Shown here piece after piece: positions 53,408 through 62,912 of a stretch of 64,000 nt of DNA. The position numbers and the translations under genes were made by a program. Every line of letters starts with the position of its first letter. Position 1 is the first letter of the stretch. Source of the stretch: an uncultured Chloroflexia bacterium (GTDB taxonomy: Bacteria > Chloroflexota > Limnocylindria > Limnocylindrales > CSP1-4); the NCBI GenBank assembly GCA_963833225.1, contig CAWHXD010000008.1, positions 896,001 to 960,000 of the forward strand, read 5' to 3'. Under the pieces are notes generated by a model, which saw nothing but the letters and a program-made list of their open reading frames with translations, did no database searches and had not been told where the DNA came from.

Positions 53408-54303
53408 ACCAGACCAGCACCCACGCGGCGCCCGCGCCGGTCGACCTCGAGCACCTGCGGGAGATGGCCCGGCGGATCCGGGTCGAGCTGGTGCGGGCCG
53501 TCTACCACGCGAAGGCGGGGCACCTCGGCGGGCCGCTGTCCGCCGCCGACATGCTCTCCGCGCTCTACTTCTCGGAGCTCCGGATCCGCCCGGACGAGCC
53601 CGGCTGGCCGGACCGCGACCGCTTCGTCCTGTCCAAGGGCCACTCGTCCATCGGGCTGTACGCGGCGATGGCCCTGCGCGGGTACTTCCCGGTCGAGGAG
53701 CTCCTGACCTTCGATGGCGCGCACTCCCGGCTGCAGGGTCACCCGGACATGACCCGGCTGCCCGGCCTCGACATGTCGACCGGCTCGCTGGGGATGGGGA
53801 TCTCCGCGGCGATGGGCATGGCACTCGGCGCCAGGCTGACGGGCCGCGACGTCCGCGCCTTCGTGATGCTCGGCGACGGCGAGTGCCAGGAGGGCGAGGT
53901 CTGGGAGGCCGCGAACGCGGCTCCCCACTACCAGCTCGACAACCTGATCGCGATCATCGATCACAACAAGCTGCAGCAGTACGGCTGGCCGGGCGACGGC
54001 CCGGACGGCCGGATCCCGCCGCAGAGCCCGGGCGAGATGGCCGGGAAATGGTCGGCCTTCGGCTGGCGCGTCCTCGAGGTGGACGGCCACGACATGGCCG
54101 CCATCGTCGACGTCCTGGCGCAGGCGCGAAAGGGCGACGGCCGGCCCGTCGCGATCATCAGCCACACCGTGAAGGGCAAGGGCGTGTCGTACATGGAGGG
54201 CCGCTACTTCTGGCACACCCGCGCGATCAAGCCGGAGGATCTGGCGATCGCCATGCGCGATCTCGGCGAACCAGAGCCGGTCGTGGAAGGAGTGGCTCGA
54301 TGA
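53404..54303 (+). CDS. Split transketolase, N-terminal TPP-binding subunit
   Basis: GHLGG, DRFVLSKGH, LQGHP, TGSLG, GDGECQEG...N, TVKGKG. Confidence 0.92.
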   Translation: MNQTSTHAAPAPVDLEHLREMARRIRVELVRAVYHAKAGHLGGPLSAADMLSALYFSELRIRPDEPGWPDRDRFVLSKGHSSIGLYAAMALRGYFPVEELLTFDGAHSRLQGHPDMTRLPGLDMSTGSLGMGISAAMGMALGARLTGRDVRAFVMLGDGECQEGEVWEAANAAPHYQLDNLIAIIDHNKLQQYGWPGDGPDGRIPPQSPGEMAGKWSAFGWRVLEVDGHDMAAIVDVLAQARKGDGRPVAIISHTVKGKGVSYMEGRYFWHTRAIKPEDLAIAMRDLGEPEPVVEGVAR

Positions 54304-55244
54304 CCGCCGTGATGGGCCGCCCGCAGCGCGAGATCTTCGGCGAGACGGTGGCCGCCCTCGCGGACACCGACCCCCGCATCTACGTCCTCGACGGAGATGT
54401 CGGCTCGTCAACCAAGGCCGACATCGTGGAGAAGGCCCACCCGGACCGCTACCTCCAGATGGGGATCGCCGAGCAGAACATGCTGGGCGTGGCGGCCGGG
54501 ATGGCCACCATGGGCCTCGTGCCGTTCATCAGCACCTTCGTCTCGTTCGCGGTCGTGCGCCCGCTGGACCAGGTCCGGGTGCTGATCGCGCAGACGGGCG
54601 CCAACGTCAAGATCACGCCCAGCTATGGCGGCCTGTTCACCGGGCAGACCGGCATGAGCCACATCATCGTCGACGACTACGCGATCATGCGGGCGATGCC
54701 GGGCATGGTCACGGTGTCGCCGTGCGACGACATCGAGGCCGCGGAGGCCCTGCGCTGGGCAGCCGCATACGAGGGCCCGTGCTACATCCGGCTCGGCCGC
54801 GACGCCACGCCGCGCGTGTTCGGTGACGACCACGCGTTCGCCTTCGGGAAGGCCGAGGTCGTGCGTGAGGGCGAGGACGTCACCCTGATCTCCACGGGTG
54901 CCCAGACGGCCCGGACGCTCCAGGCCGCCGACCTGCTGGCCGCCGCCGGGATCGAGGCCCACGTGCTCCACGTGGCCACGCTCAAGCCCCTCGACGTGGC
55001 GTCGATCGTGACGGCCGCCGAGCGGACCGGGCGCGTGATCACGGTCGAGGAGCACACGGTGATCGGCGGCCTGGGCGGCGCCGTGGCGGAGGCGCTCGCC
55101 GAGCACCGGCCGACGCGGGTCAACCGGATCGGGCTCCAGGACTGCTATATCCAGTCGGGACCCAACGATGCGCTCCTCGACATCTACGGGCTCTCCGGGG
55201 AGCGGGTCGCGGAGCAGGTGCGGGAGATCCTCCGCGCGTCCTGA
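54300..55244 (+). CDS. Split transketolase, C-terminal subunit
   Basis: GIAEQNM, DQVR, TLKPLD, VEEH, GGLG; ATGA overlap with upstream gene. Confidence 0.92.
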   Translation: MTAVMGRPQREIFGETVAALADTDPRIYVLDGDVGSSTKADIVEKAHPDRYLQMGIAEQNMLGVAAGMATMGLVPFISTFVSFAVVRPLDQVRVLIAQTGANVKITPSYGGLFTGQTGMSHIIVDDYAIMRAMPGMVTVSPCDDIEAAEALRWAAAYEGPCYIRLGRDATPRVFGDDHAFAFGKAEVVREGEDVTLISTGAQTARTLQAADLLAAAGIEAHVLHVATLKPLDVASIVTAAERTGRVITVEEHTVIGGLGGAVAEALAEHRPTRVNRIGLQDCYIQSGPNDALLDIYGLSGERVAEQVREILRAS

Positions 55245-55252
55245 TCCGGAGC

Positions 55253-55930
55253 CTATCTGGACGCGGTCGTCGCCAACCAGCGATCGAGGAGCCGCGCAGA
55301 GACGTCGTGGAAGTGGTCCCGCAGCGCCTTCTCGACGGCGGCCGGGTCGCGCCCCTTGACCGCATCGAGGATGCCCCGGTGCAGGCCCGCGGTCCAGCTC
55401 GCGTCCGCGCCCGGCGCCAGCAGCGTGATGTAGGTGCGCGAGAACGGCTCCAGCGCGCGCCAGACACGCTCAAGCGTCGCGTTGCCCGCGAGACGCAGGA
55501 TGCGAGCGTGGAAGGCCGCGTCGCGTACCGCCACGTCGTGGCGGTCATCACGGCCGGCCGCCTCCAGCAGCGCAGCGTGGAGGGCCTCGATCTCGGCGAG
55601 ATCCGCGTCGGTCATCCTGGGGATCCCCAGTCGCACCCCGAGGCTTTCGAGCTCGGCGCGAACCTCGTACGCCTCGAGGAGCTCGGTATCCGTCGGGCGG
55701 CGCACCCGGGCGCCCTTGAAGGGCAGGATCTCCACGACACCGAGGGCCTCGAGGCCGCGGAGCGCCTCCCGGACCGGGGCCTGGCTTGTGCCGACGTCGC
55801 GTGCCACGCGAGTCTCGATGATGCGGTCGTGGGGCTGGTACTGGCCAGACAGGATGGCACGCAGCAGGTGATCCTTCACCTGCTCCGACAGCGAGCTGCG
55901 AGCGACGGCGCCTTGGTCAGTCATGTCCAT
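55253..55930 (-). CDS. GntR/FCD-family transcriptional regulator (2)
   Basis: IIETRVARDVGTSQAPVREAL; DAAFH, AGN; clear paralog of 44035-44790. Confidence 0.92.
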   Translation of the reverse strand: MDMTDQGAVARSSLSEQVKDHLLRAILSGQYQPHDRIIETRVARDVGTSQAPVREALRGLEALGVVEILPFKGARVRRPTDTELLEAYEVRAELESLGVRLGIPRMTDADLAEIEALHAALLEAAGRDDRHDVAVRDAAFHARILRLAGNATLERVWRALEPFSRTYITLLAPGADASWTAGLHRGILDAVKGRDPAAVEKALRDHFHDVSARLLDRWLATTASR

Positions 55931-58904
55931 CTCGTACGGGGGCGGGGCTCGCCCGTAGTGTGCGACGTTTCGAGTCTGTCGCGTCGAGTCGTTTCGCGAG
56001 CACCTCCGCGAGGTGGCGCGCCCGCCGGCCGTCGAGGAATGCCACCTGCGTTCGGCACGAGAAGCCGTCGGCCAGGATCTCCGTCCTCTCCCCCGTCGCC
56101 CGCAGGGCGGGCAGGAGCGCGAGCTCGGCCACGTCGCGCGAGATCCGCTCGTGTCCGGCCTCGGCGCCGAAGTTCCCGGCCAGGCCGCAACAGCCCTGGA
56201 GCACTTGGGTCGGCTCGATGCCGGCCGCGGCCATCAGGCGCCGGTCGGCGGCGGTCCCCAGCACCGCCTGCTGGTGGCAGTGCGGCTGGACCAGCGCCTC
56301 GAGCGGCTCGCCCGCGGGGGGAATCCAGCCCGCGGTCTCGAGCAGCTCGGCGAAGGTCGTCACGCGACGCGCCAGCGAGGCCGCGGCCGGGTCGTCGGGC
56401 AGCAGCTCGCGGAGGTCGACCCGGAGCGTGGTCGCGCACGACGGCTCCAGGACCAGGACCGGCTCGTCACCGGCAAGCTCCGGCGCCGCGAGCGTCCGTC
56501 GCAGCTCGGCCCGCGCCCGGTCCAGCTGGCCCGTGGTGATGGCGGTGAGGCCGCAGCACACCGGGGTGGCCGGGACCACGGCGCTGAAGCCCGCCGCGGC
56601 GAGGACCCGCAGGGCGGCATGGCCAACCTCGGGGGCGAGGTGGTTGGTGAACGTGTCCGGCCACACGACGACCCGGCGCGTGCCGGCGCCGGGCGCGGGG
56701 GTGCTGGGGACCGCGGTCGAGACGAATGTCCGGGGCGCGAGTCTCGGGATCCCCCGCTCCCCGGCGATCCCGGTGAGGAGCGCGGCGGCGCGGCGGGTCG
56801 GGGCGAAGCCCATCACGGCGTTGGCGATCCTCGGGCCACCTGGCACGCGGCGAACGACACGGAGCCACTGCGGGAGCCGCCCCAGCGAGTAGTGGGAGCG
56901 GGGTCGGACCCGGCCCCGGTAGTGATGCTCGAGGAACTCGGCCTTGTAGGCCGCCATGTCCACGCCGGTGGGGCATTCGCTCACGCACGCTCGACAGGAG
57001 AGGCACAGGTCAAGCGCGTCGCGGACCTCGGTGGACCGCCAGCCATCCGCCGCCAGCGACCCCGCTGCCATCTCCTGGAGCAGCCGGGCGCGGCCACGGG
57101 TGGAGTCCTGCTCCTGGCCCGTGGCGCGATAGCTGGGGCACATCGCCGCCCCGTGCTGGCGCGAGACGCACTTCCCGACGCCGATGCAGCGCTCAACCGC
57201 CTGGCGCAGGTCGCCGCCGTCCACCTCGTGGGCGAGGACCGGTGCCAGGTCGATCAGCGTCGGGCGGGGCCGGCGCAGATCCTCGGTGAGCGGGACAGGA
57301 TCCACGAGGATCCCCGGGTTCAGCACGTTCCCCGGATCCCAGGCGGTCTTCCAGGCACGGAACGCCTCGAGCATCTCGGGCGAGAACTGGCGGGCGAGAA
57401 GCTCGCCGCGGGCGCGCCCGTCACCGTGCTCGCCCGAGAGCGAGCCGCCGTGCCGCAGGACCAGGTCCGCGGCGTCGCCCATGAACGTCTTGAGCCGCTC
57501 GGTGCCGCCGGGCCGGTCCAGCCCGAACCCCACCCGGAGATGGATGCAGCCCTCGCCAAAGTGGCCGTAGGTCACGCCCTCGAGATCACGATCCCGGAGC
57601 AGGGCACGGAGCTCGCCCAGGTACGCGGCCAGACGCTCGGGTGGGACGACGCCGTCCTCGAAACCCGGCCATGCGGGCGAGCCGTCAGGAAGGCGAGCGG
57701 CGCGGCCGGCGCCGTCCTCGCGCACGCGCCACAGCGCCGCCTGCGCCGCCGCGTCCTCCACCAGCGCGGTGTCGGCGGCACCCGATCGCCGGCCGATCGT
57801 CGCGGCCAGGCGAGCGGCGTGATCCTGGAGGTCGCCTCTGGCCTCGCCACCGGCCTCGACCAGCAGCCAGGCACCGCCGGGCGGGAGGAGCCCGGGATCT
57901 CGCCGGCCCGGGAGCAGCTCCGGGGTGAGGCTCTCGAGGGTGAACGGCCGCTCCGGGAGCAGGTCGGTGACCGCCGCCGCCGCGTCGATCTCGTCCGCGA
58001 AGGCAAGGACCAGGAGGCCGCGCACGGCGGGCGGGCGGACCAGACGGATCGTCGCCTCGGAGATGACCGCGCACGTCCCCTCGCTGCCCACGAGCGCCCT
58101 CGCCACATCCCCACCGCGCTCGGGGAGCAACCAGTCCAGGGCGTAGCCCGAGACCCGTCTCGGCCAGGCCGGCAGCTCGCGACGGATGGTGGCGCCGTGG
58201 GTCTCGAGGAGGGCCGCCAGGCGGCCGTCGAATGCCGGCCCGAGCGCACCCGTGCGTCGCCGGACCCCGTCCGGCGTGATGACCTCGAGATCGAGCGTGT
58301 TCTCGGCGGCGGTCCCCCACCGGACGCTCCGGGCGCCACAGGCGTTGTTGCCCAGCATGCCGCCGAGCGTGCAGCGGCTGTGGGTCGACGGATCGGGGCC
58401 TACCCGCAGCCCGTGGACGGCGGCGGCCCGGTTGACATCGTCGAGGACCGTCCCCGGCAGCACCGTCGCGGTGAGCGTCTCGGCATCCACGGCCAGCACC
58501 CCTGCCAGGTGCCGCGACAGGTCCACCACCAGGCCCGAGCCGATCGCATTGCCGGCGATGCTCGTGCCGGCGCCGCGCATCGTGAGCGGCACACGGGCCT
58601 CCGCCGCCAGGGCGACGGCCGCGGCGAGGTCGTCGCGGTCCGCTGGAGCGACCACCGCGGCGGGCAACACGCGGTAGTTGGACGCGTCCGAGCTGTACAG
58701 GGCACGGGTCCCGATGTCGACCGCGACGGCGCCGCGCACGGCCCGGCGCAGGCGCGGCAGCAGCGCCGCCATGGCATCAACGCTGGCGGGATCGGCGAGG
58801 GTGGTGATGGTGGGCTCCAGGGTGGCGAGGTCGCAGGGGCTCGAGCCTCCAAGGGTACGGTGCCGGCCACCCGATCGCACCGCGCCCGAACCGGCCGCTA
58901 CCAT
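55917..58904 (-). CDS. FAD-binding / 4Fe-4S / CCG-domain oxidoreductase (GlcD-GlcF fusion type); start uncertain (58772-58904)
   Basis: RGAGTSIAGN, GSEGT, SGEHGDG, CIGVGKC, CLSCRACVSECP, CCG twice. Confidence 0.9.
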   Translation of the reverse strand: MVAAGSGAVRSGGRHRTLGGSSPCDLATLEPTITTLADPASVDAMAALLPRLRRAVRGAVAVDIGTRALYSSDASNYRVLPAAVVAPADRDDLAAAVALAAEARVPLTMRGAGTSIAGNAIGSGLVVDLSRHLAGVLAVDAETLTATVLPGTVLDDVNRAAAVHGLRVGPDPSTHSRCTLGGMLGNNACGARSVRWGTAAENTLDLEVITPDGVRRRTGALGPAFDGRLAALLETHGATIRRELPAWPRRVSGYALDWLLPERGGDVARALVGSEGTCAVISEATIRLVRPPAVRGLLVLAFADEIDAAAAVTDLLPERPFTLESLTPELLPGRRDPGLLPPGGAWLLVEAGGEARGDLQDHAARLAATIGRRSGAADTALVEDAAAQAALWRVREDGAGRAARLPDGSPAWPGFEDGVVPPERLAAYLGELRALLRDRDLEGVTYGHFGEGCIHLRVGFGLDRPGGTERLKTFMGDAADLVLRHGGSLSGEHGDGRARGELLARQFSPEMLEAFRAWKTAWDPGNVLNPGILVDPVPLTEDLRRPRPTLIDLAPVLAHEVDGGDLRQAVERCIGVGKCVSRQHGAAMCPSYRATGQEQDSTRGRARLLQEMAAGSLAADGWRSTEVRDALDLCLSCRACVSECPTGVDMAAYKAEFLEHHYRGRVRPRSHYSLGRLPQWLRVVRRVPGGPRIANAVMGFAPTRRAAALLTGIAGERGIPRLAPRTFVSTAVPSTPAPGAGTRRVVVWPDTFTNHLAPEVGHAALRVLAAAGFSAVVPATPVCCGLTAITTGQLDRARAELRRTLAAPELAGDEPVLVLEPSCATTLRVDLRELLPDDPAAASLARRVTTFAELLETAGWIPPAGEPLEALVQPHCHQQAVLGTAADRRLMAAAGIEPTQVLQGCCGLAGNFGAEAGHERISRDVAELALLPALRATGERTEILADGFSCRTQVAFLDGRRARHLAEVLAKRLDATDSKRRTLRASPAPVRDGHD

Positions 58905-58959
58905 CGGACGACGTCGGGACAGCGACGAGGCCGACGACGCAGCCCCTGGAGCGCACCTG

Positions 58960-59582
58960 ATGCCCGATCGGGATCACCTCGAATCCGACCTCGCCGCCTT
59001 CTACGACCAGCAGGCCCCCCGGCGCCTCGCGCGCGGCGGCGGGGGTCGTGGCGCGAGGCCGCGCGCGAGGCCTTTGCCGCCCAGCTGCGCACAGAGGGTC
59101 GGACCACGCTCGTCGAGATCGGCACCGGCGCCGGCCACGACGCCGCCGCATTCGGGACCGCCGGTCTCACGGTGGCCGGCATCGATCTCTCGCCCGAGCA
59201 CGTCCGCATCTGTCGCGAGCGCGGCGTCGAGGCCCACCTTGCCTCGGTCTTCGAGCTCCCCTTCGAGGACAGCGCGTTCGCGGCCGGCTGGACGATGAGC
59301 ACCCTGCTCCACGTCCCCAACGACCGGATCGACGCCGCCCTCGACGAGATCATGCGCGTCCTGGTGCCCGGGGCCCCGCTTGCCATCGGCCTCTGGAGCG
59401 GCCCCGACGAGGAGGCGATCAACGAGGACGATGAGATCGAGCCGAAGCGCTTCTTCAGCCGCCGCAGCGACCGGCGCCTGCGCGAGATCCTCGAGCGTCA
59501 CGGCGCCGTCGAGCGGTTCGAGACGTGGGACATCCCGGGCAACGACTGGCCCTACCAGTTCGCCATCCTGCGCCGGCCGTAG
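58960..59582 (+). CDS. Class I SAM-dependent methyltransferase; frameshift near 59040
   Basis: VEIGTGAG, GIDLS, LPFED, LLHVP, VLVPG. Confidence 0.82.
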
Positions 59583-59764
59583 CGGGCGCCGGCGTGCCAC
59601 GTCGGCAGGGTTCTCGCTGCCGCTCTTGCGCGAGTGCCGAGAAGCGCCGACCATCGAGCGAAGCGTCCGTCACCGCACTGGAGGTAGCAGGTTGGAGCAC
59701 CGAACGTCGCGGCGCGGGTTCGGCCCCTTCCGCGCGACCAACCTGGCCACTCGGGGGCGCATGC

Positions 59765-60544
59765 GTGAGTGACCGGTCGCCGGCGGCGATCCAGCCTGGC
59801 AGCAGCGCGTATCGAGCGCCGGGCATCGCCTTGTGGCGCGCGGTGTTCAGGCCGCTGCGCCCCGATCTGGAGTCTGTCGGGCGCTACGCCGCGATCTTGG
59901 CGGGTGCGATCGCGGGTGGACTCCTGTTCCGCTGGCACACGCCTGTTGGCTACGTCGTTCTGCTGCTGGCGCTCGCGCTGGCCGTGCTGCCTCCGCTCCT
60001 CGGGCGCGGCCTGTGGGGTTGGCAGGCCGTGCTCATCAGCAGCGGGCTCCGAAGCCGGACCCAGATCAAGGCCATCGTGGGTGAGGTCAACTCCAAGGCA
60101 GCAGCGGAGTGGCTGGCCGCCTCGTCGGGCGCATCGGCCAGCGACCGCTACCACGTGCTCGCCTTTCTGGGACGCGATGAGGAGGCGGAGCGCCTCATCC
60201 CGGAGCTGCCGACCTCGACTCCCGATGAGCGCTTCGATCGCGCCTGGAACGAGGTGGGTCGAGACTGGCGAACGACGAGCGCGCTGGATGTCAAGCCCAT
60301 GACCGAGATGCTGCCCGAGCTCGTGGCGCAGGCGCGGGTGCGTGCCGAGATCGACATCGCGTTCATGCAAGCGCTCGATGCTGCGGGGGCTGGACGCTCC
60401 CTGGCGACTCTGCCGCCACCTCCTCGCGTAGAGCTGTCGATGGCGGGCCGGCTGCTGGCTTGGTGGCATCGCTACTGGCTGGTCTGGCGGACGCTCCTCG
60501 TGTTCGCGGTGACGGCCATCATCGCCGTGCTTCTTGTGCGGTAG
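59765..60544 (+). CDS. Hypothetical membrane protein
   Basis: GTG start; N- and C-terminal hydrophobic helices. Confidence 0.6.
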   Translation: MSDRSPAAIQPGSSAYRAPGIALWRAVFRPLRPDLESVGRYAAILAGAIAGGLLFRWHTPVGYVVLLLALALAVLPPLLGRGLWGWQAVLISSGLRSRTQIKAIVGEVNSKAAAEWLAASSGASASDRYHVLAFLGRDEEAERLIPELPTSTPDERFDRAWNEVGRDWRTTSALDVKPMTEMLPELVAQARVRAEIDIAFMQALDAAGAGRSLATLPPPPRVELSMAGRLLAWWHRYWLVWRTLLVFAVTAIIAVLLVR

Positions 60545-60608
60545 CGACCCCGCTCTACGCCGACGGGAACATGCCCTGCGTCCGGCTTGCCGGATCGCCT
60601 CGGCACGG

Positions 60609-60652
60609 TTGACAGGCGGCGCGCCAGGTGACATCGTTGCATACGCAACGAT
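60609..60652 (+). promoter_or_regulatory. Pirin promoter with perfect inverted-repeat operator
   Basis: TTGACA 60609-60614; ATCGTTGC-ATAC-GCAACGAT 60633-60652. Confidence 0.65.
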
Positions 60653-60686
60653 CCTGTCCGGGATCGACCCGGGGAACTCACGCACC

Positions 60687-61694
60687 ATGCCGGCTGTCAC
60701 CGTCGACGACATCACCATCCTCCCCCGCCTCCCGATGCCCGACCCTCTCGTCGCCCGCCAGCGTCCCGTGCGCGCCCTGACGACCGCGCCGCGGGGCTTC
60801 GAGGGCGAGGGATTCCCGGTCCGCCGCGCGTTCGCCGGCGCCCTCCTCGAGGACCTGGACCCGTTCATCCACCTCGACCAGATGGGCGAGGTGGAGTACG
60901 CGCCGGGCGAGGCCAAGGGCACGCCGTGGCACCCGCACCGCGGCTTCGAGACCGTCACCTACATGCTCGACGGCGTGTTCGAGCACGCCGACAGCAACGG
61001 CGGTGGGGGCGTGATCACGAACGGGGATACGCAGTGGATGACCGCCGGGGCGGGAATCCTCCACATCGAGAAGCCGCCGGAGTGGCTGGTCGCCCAGGGC
61101 GGCCTGTTCCACGGGTTCCAGCTGTGGGTCAACCTGCCGCGCGACCAGAAGCTCGCCGCCCCGCGCTACCAGGACATCCGCGCCAGCCAGGTCGAGCTGC
61201 TCGCGTCGCATGACGGCGGCACGCTGATCCGGGTGATCGCGGGCGACGTGGCCGGCCACGCGGGCCCAGGCTCCACCTACACGCCGATGACCCTGGTCCA
61301 CCTGACGCTGGCCCCGGGCGCGTCCGTGTCCCTGCCGTGGCGCGCGGACTACAACGCGCTGGGCTACGTGCTGGCCGGCCGGGGCACCGTGGGCGCCGAG
61401 GGCCGCCCGGCGCAGCTGGGTCAGCTGGCGGTCTTCGGACCCGGCAACACGCTGACCTTCGCCGCCGATGCGGTCCAGGAGAGCCGCGCACCCAACCTTG
61501 ACGTGCTCGTCCTTGGCGGCCGACCGATCCGGGAGCCGGTGGCGTGGGCGGGCCCGTTCGTGATGAACACGCGCGAGGAGGTCATGCAGGCGTTCGAGGA
61601 CTACCAGGCAGGTCGCCTCGGCCAGATCCCGGCCGTCCACAACGCTCCGACGACGATCCAGGAATCCGCCCCGCCGACGCCGACAGACGCCTGA
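60687..61694 (+). CDS. Pirin family protein
   Basis: DPFIHLD, HPHRGFETVTY, QWMTAGAGILHIE, QLWVNLP, GPFVMNT. Confidence 0.95.
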   Translation: MPAVTVDDITILPRLPMPDPLVARQRPVRALTTAPRGFEGEGFPVRRAFAGALLEDLDPFIHLDQMGEVEYAPGEAKGTPWHPHRGFETVTYMLDGVFEHADSNGGGGVITNGDTQWMTAGAGILHIEKPPEWLVAQGGLFHGFQLWVNLPRDQKLAAPRYQDIRASQVELLASHDGGTLIRVIAGDVAGHAGPGSTYTPMTLVHLTLAPGASVSLPWRADYNALGYVLAGRGTVGAEGRPAQLGQLAVFGPGNTLTFAADAVQESRAPNLDVLVLGGRPIREPVAWAGPFVMNTREEVMQAFEDYQAGRLGQIPAVHNAPTTIQESAPPTPTDA

Positions 61695-61733
61695 GCGGAC
61701 CGCGAGGGCGCCGGGCCGTCAGGCCCGAGCCGG

Positions 61734-62315
61734 CTATCCCGCCAGGTCGAGCCGGCGGCGGTGATAGCGCTCCATGAGCGCCTCTACCGCCTCGCGCGCC
61801 CCACGCCACTCCTCCTGGTCACCCATCACCTGGGCACCGGGGCCCCAGCGCTGGACCTGGGTCATCGCCGTCACGATGGAGTTGTGCAGGGCGAGCCGGT
61901 TGCGACCGGCGTCCACGATCCCCGTCACCAGGTAGCGGCGCACGAGGTCATACGGCGCGTGCCACCGCCCGATCCTGATCCGGTCGTGGCTGCGGAGCGT
62001 CTCCAGCCAGGCGTCGTCGCCCACGGGGAAGCGATCGTGCTCGGCCGCGTGGGCATTGATGTCGAGACGGCGGTCGCTTCGTGCCAGCGAGGCAAACCGC
62101 CCGTCCGGATCCGCCTCGCGATAGCAGATCGGGCACTCAACCAGTCGGGCGTGCGCCGGGGGCGGTTCGCCGAAGGGCAGACCACAGCGACGGCACAGGC
62201 GGGCACCCGCACGGGTGGCCACGGCGCCGCACTGCAGGCAGGTGGATGTCGAGGCGGGAGAAGCGAACGGCACGAGGAACTCCAGCGTGCGCCGCGCCAC
62301 GCGCGGCGGTGTCAC
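61734..62315 (-). CDS. Hypothetical zinc-finger protein
   Basis: CLQCG, CRRCG, CPIC...HAAEH. Confidence 0.65.
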   Translation of the reverse strand: MTPPRVARRTLEFLVPFASPASTSTCLQCGAVATRAGARLCRRCGLPFGEPPPAHARLVECPICYREADPDGRFASLARSDRRLDINAHAAEHDRFPVGDDAWLETLRSHDRIRIGRWHAPYDLVRRYLVTGIVDAGRNRLALHNSIVTAMTQVQRWGPGAQVMGDQEEWRGAREAVEALMERYHRRRLDLAG

Positions 62316-62409
62316 CTATCCTGCGCGCCGGCCGGGCCGCTTGCGAGCGGGCAACAGGTCCCGGTCCGCGCAGCCAAAAGGGGCATCGGCGCCTGTGAAG
62401 TCCTTTCGG

Positions 62410-62899
62410 TTCGCGGGGTGACTCCCCGGGTCGCGGGGTGACCCGCCGGTGACTCACCAGGTCGCGGGGTGACCCGGGGGTCGAAATGTGACTACCCGAA
62501 CGACACCCGGATCGCAATGAGACTCCCCGTCAACACCCTGGTCGCAACGAGCCCCCCCGTTCACACCCGAATCGCAACGAGACTCCCCGTCAACGAATTG
62601 GGGCTGAACGGGCCGGCGGGCCGCGCCACGAAGTGACACCGTGACGCGCGGTCACGTTTCGGGCCCCACGGGGGCCTTCGGGGACCGTACGCGATCGCTC
62701 GTGCGGGAAACCGTGACGCTCCGTCAGGTTGGAGCGGCGCGCGTCAGGAGCGGCGGCGCGCGCGTCAGGAGCGGCGCCAGTCAACGGGCACCTGCGTCTG
62801 GGGCGCCCGCGTCAGGAGCGGCGCGCGCGTCAGGTTTCAGCTGCGCGCGTCAGCGGCGCGCATCATGAGCGGCGCGCGTCAGCAGCGGCGCGCGTCAGA
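62410..62899. repeat. Intergenic degenerate repeat cluster
   Basis: TCGCGGGGTGAC x3 (62411-62473); ~30-bp unit (ACACCC...TCGCAAYGAG..CCCCGT) ~3x (62503-62594); GCGCGTCAG-type units ~7x (62720-62899). Confidence 0.7.
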
Positions 62900-62912
62900 C
62901 TCGGCCCCACTG

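Noticed and set aside
56013-59582. 1189-aa plus-strand ORF (similarly 44657-47263, 13699-15900, 29890-32670)
   Set aside because: High-GC shadow or read-through frames opposite, or fused to, real genes; only sub-segments carry real motifs.
62503-62594. Possible mini-CRISPR
   Set aside because: Contiguous degenerate 30-bp units without spacers.
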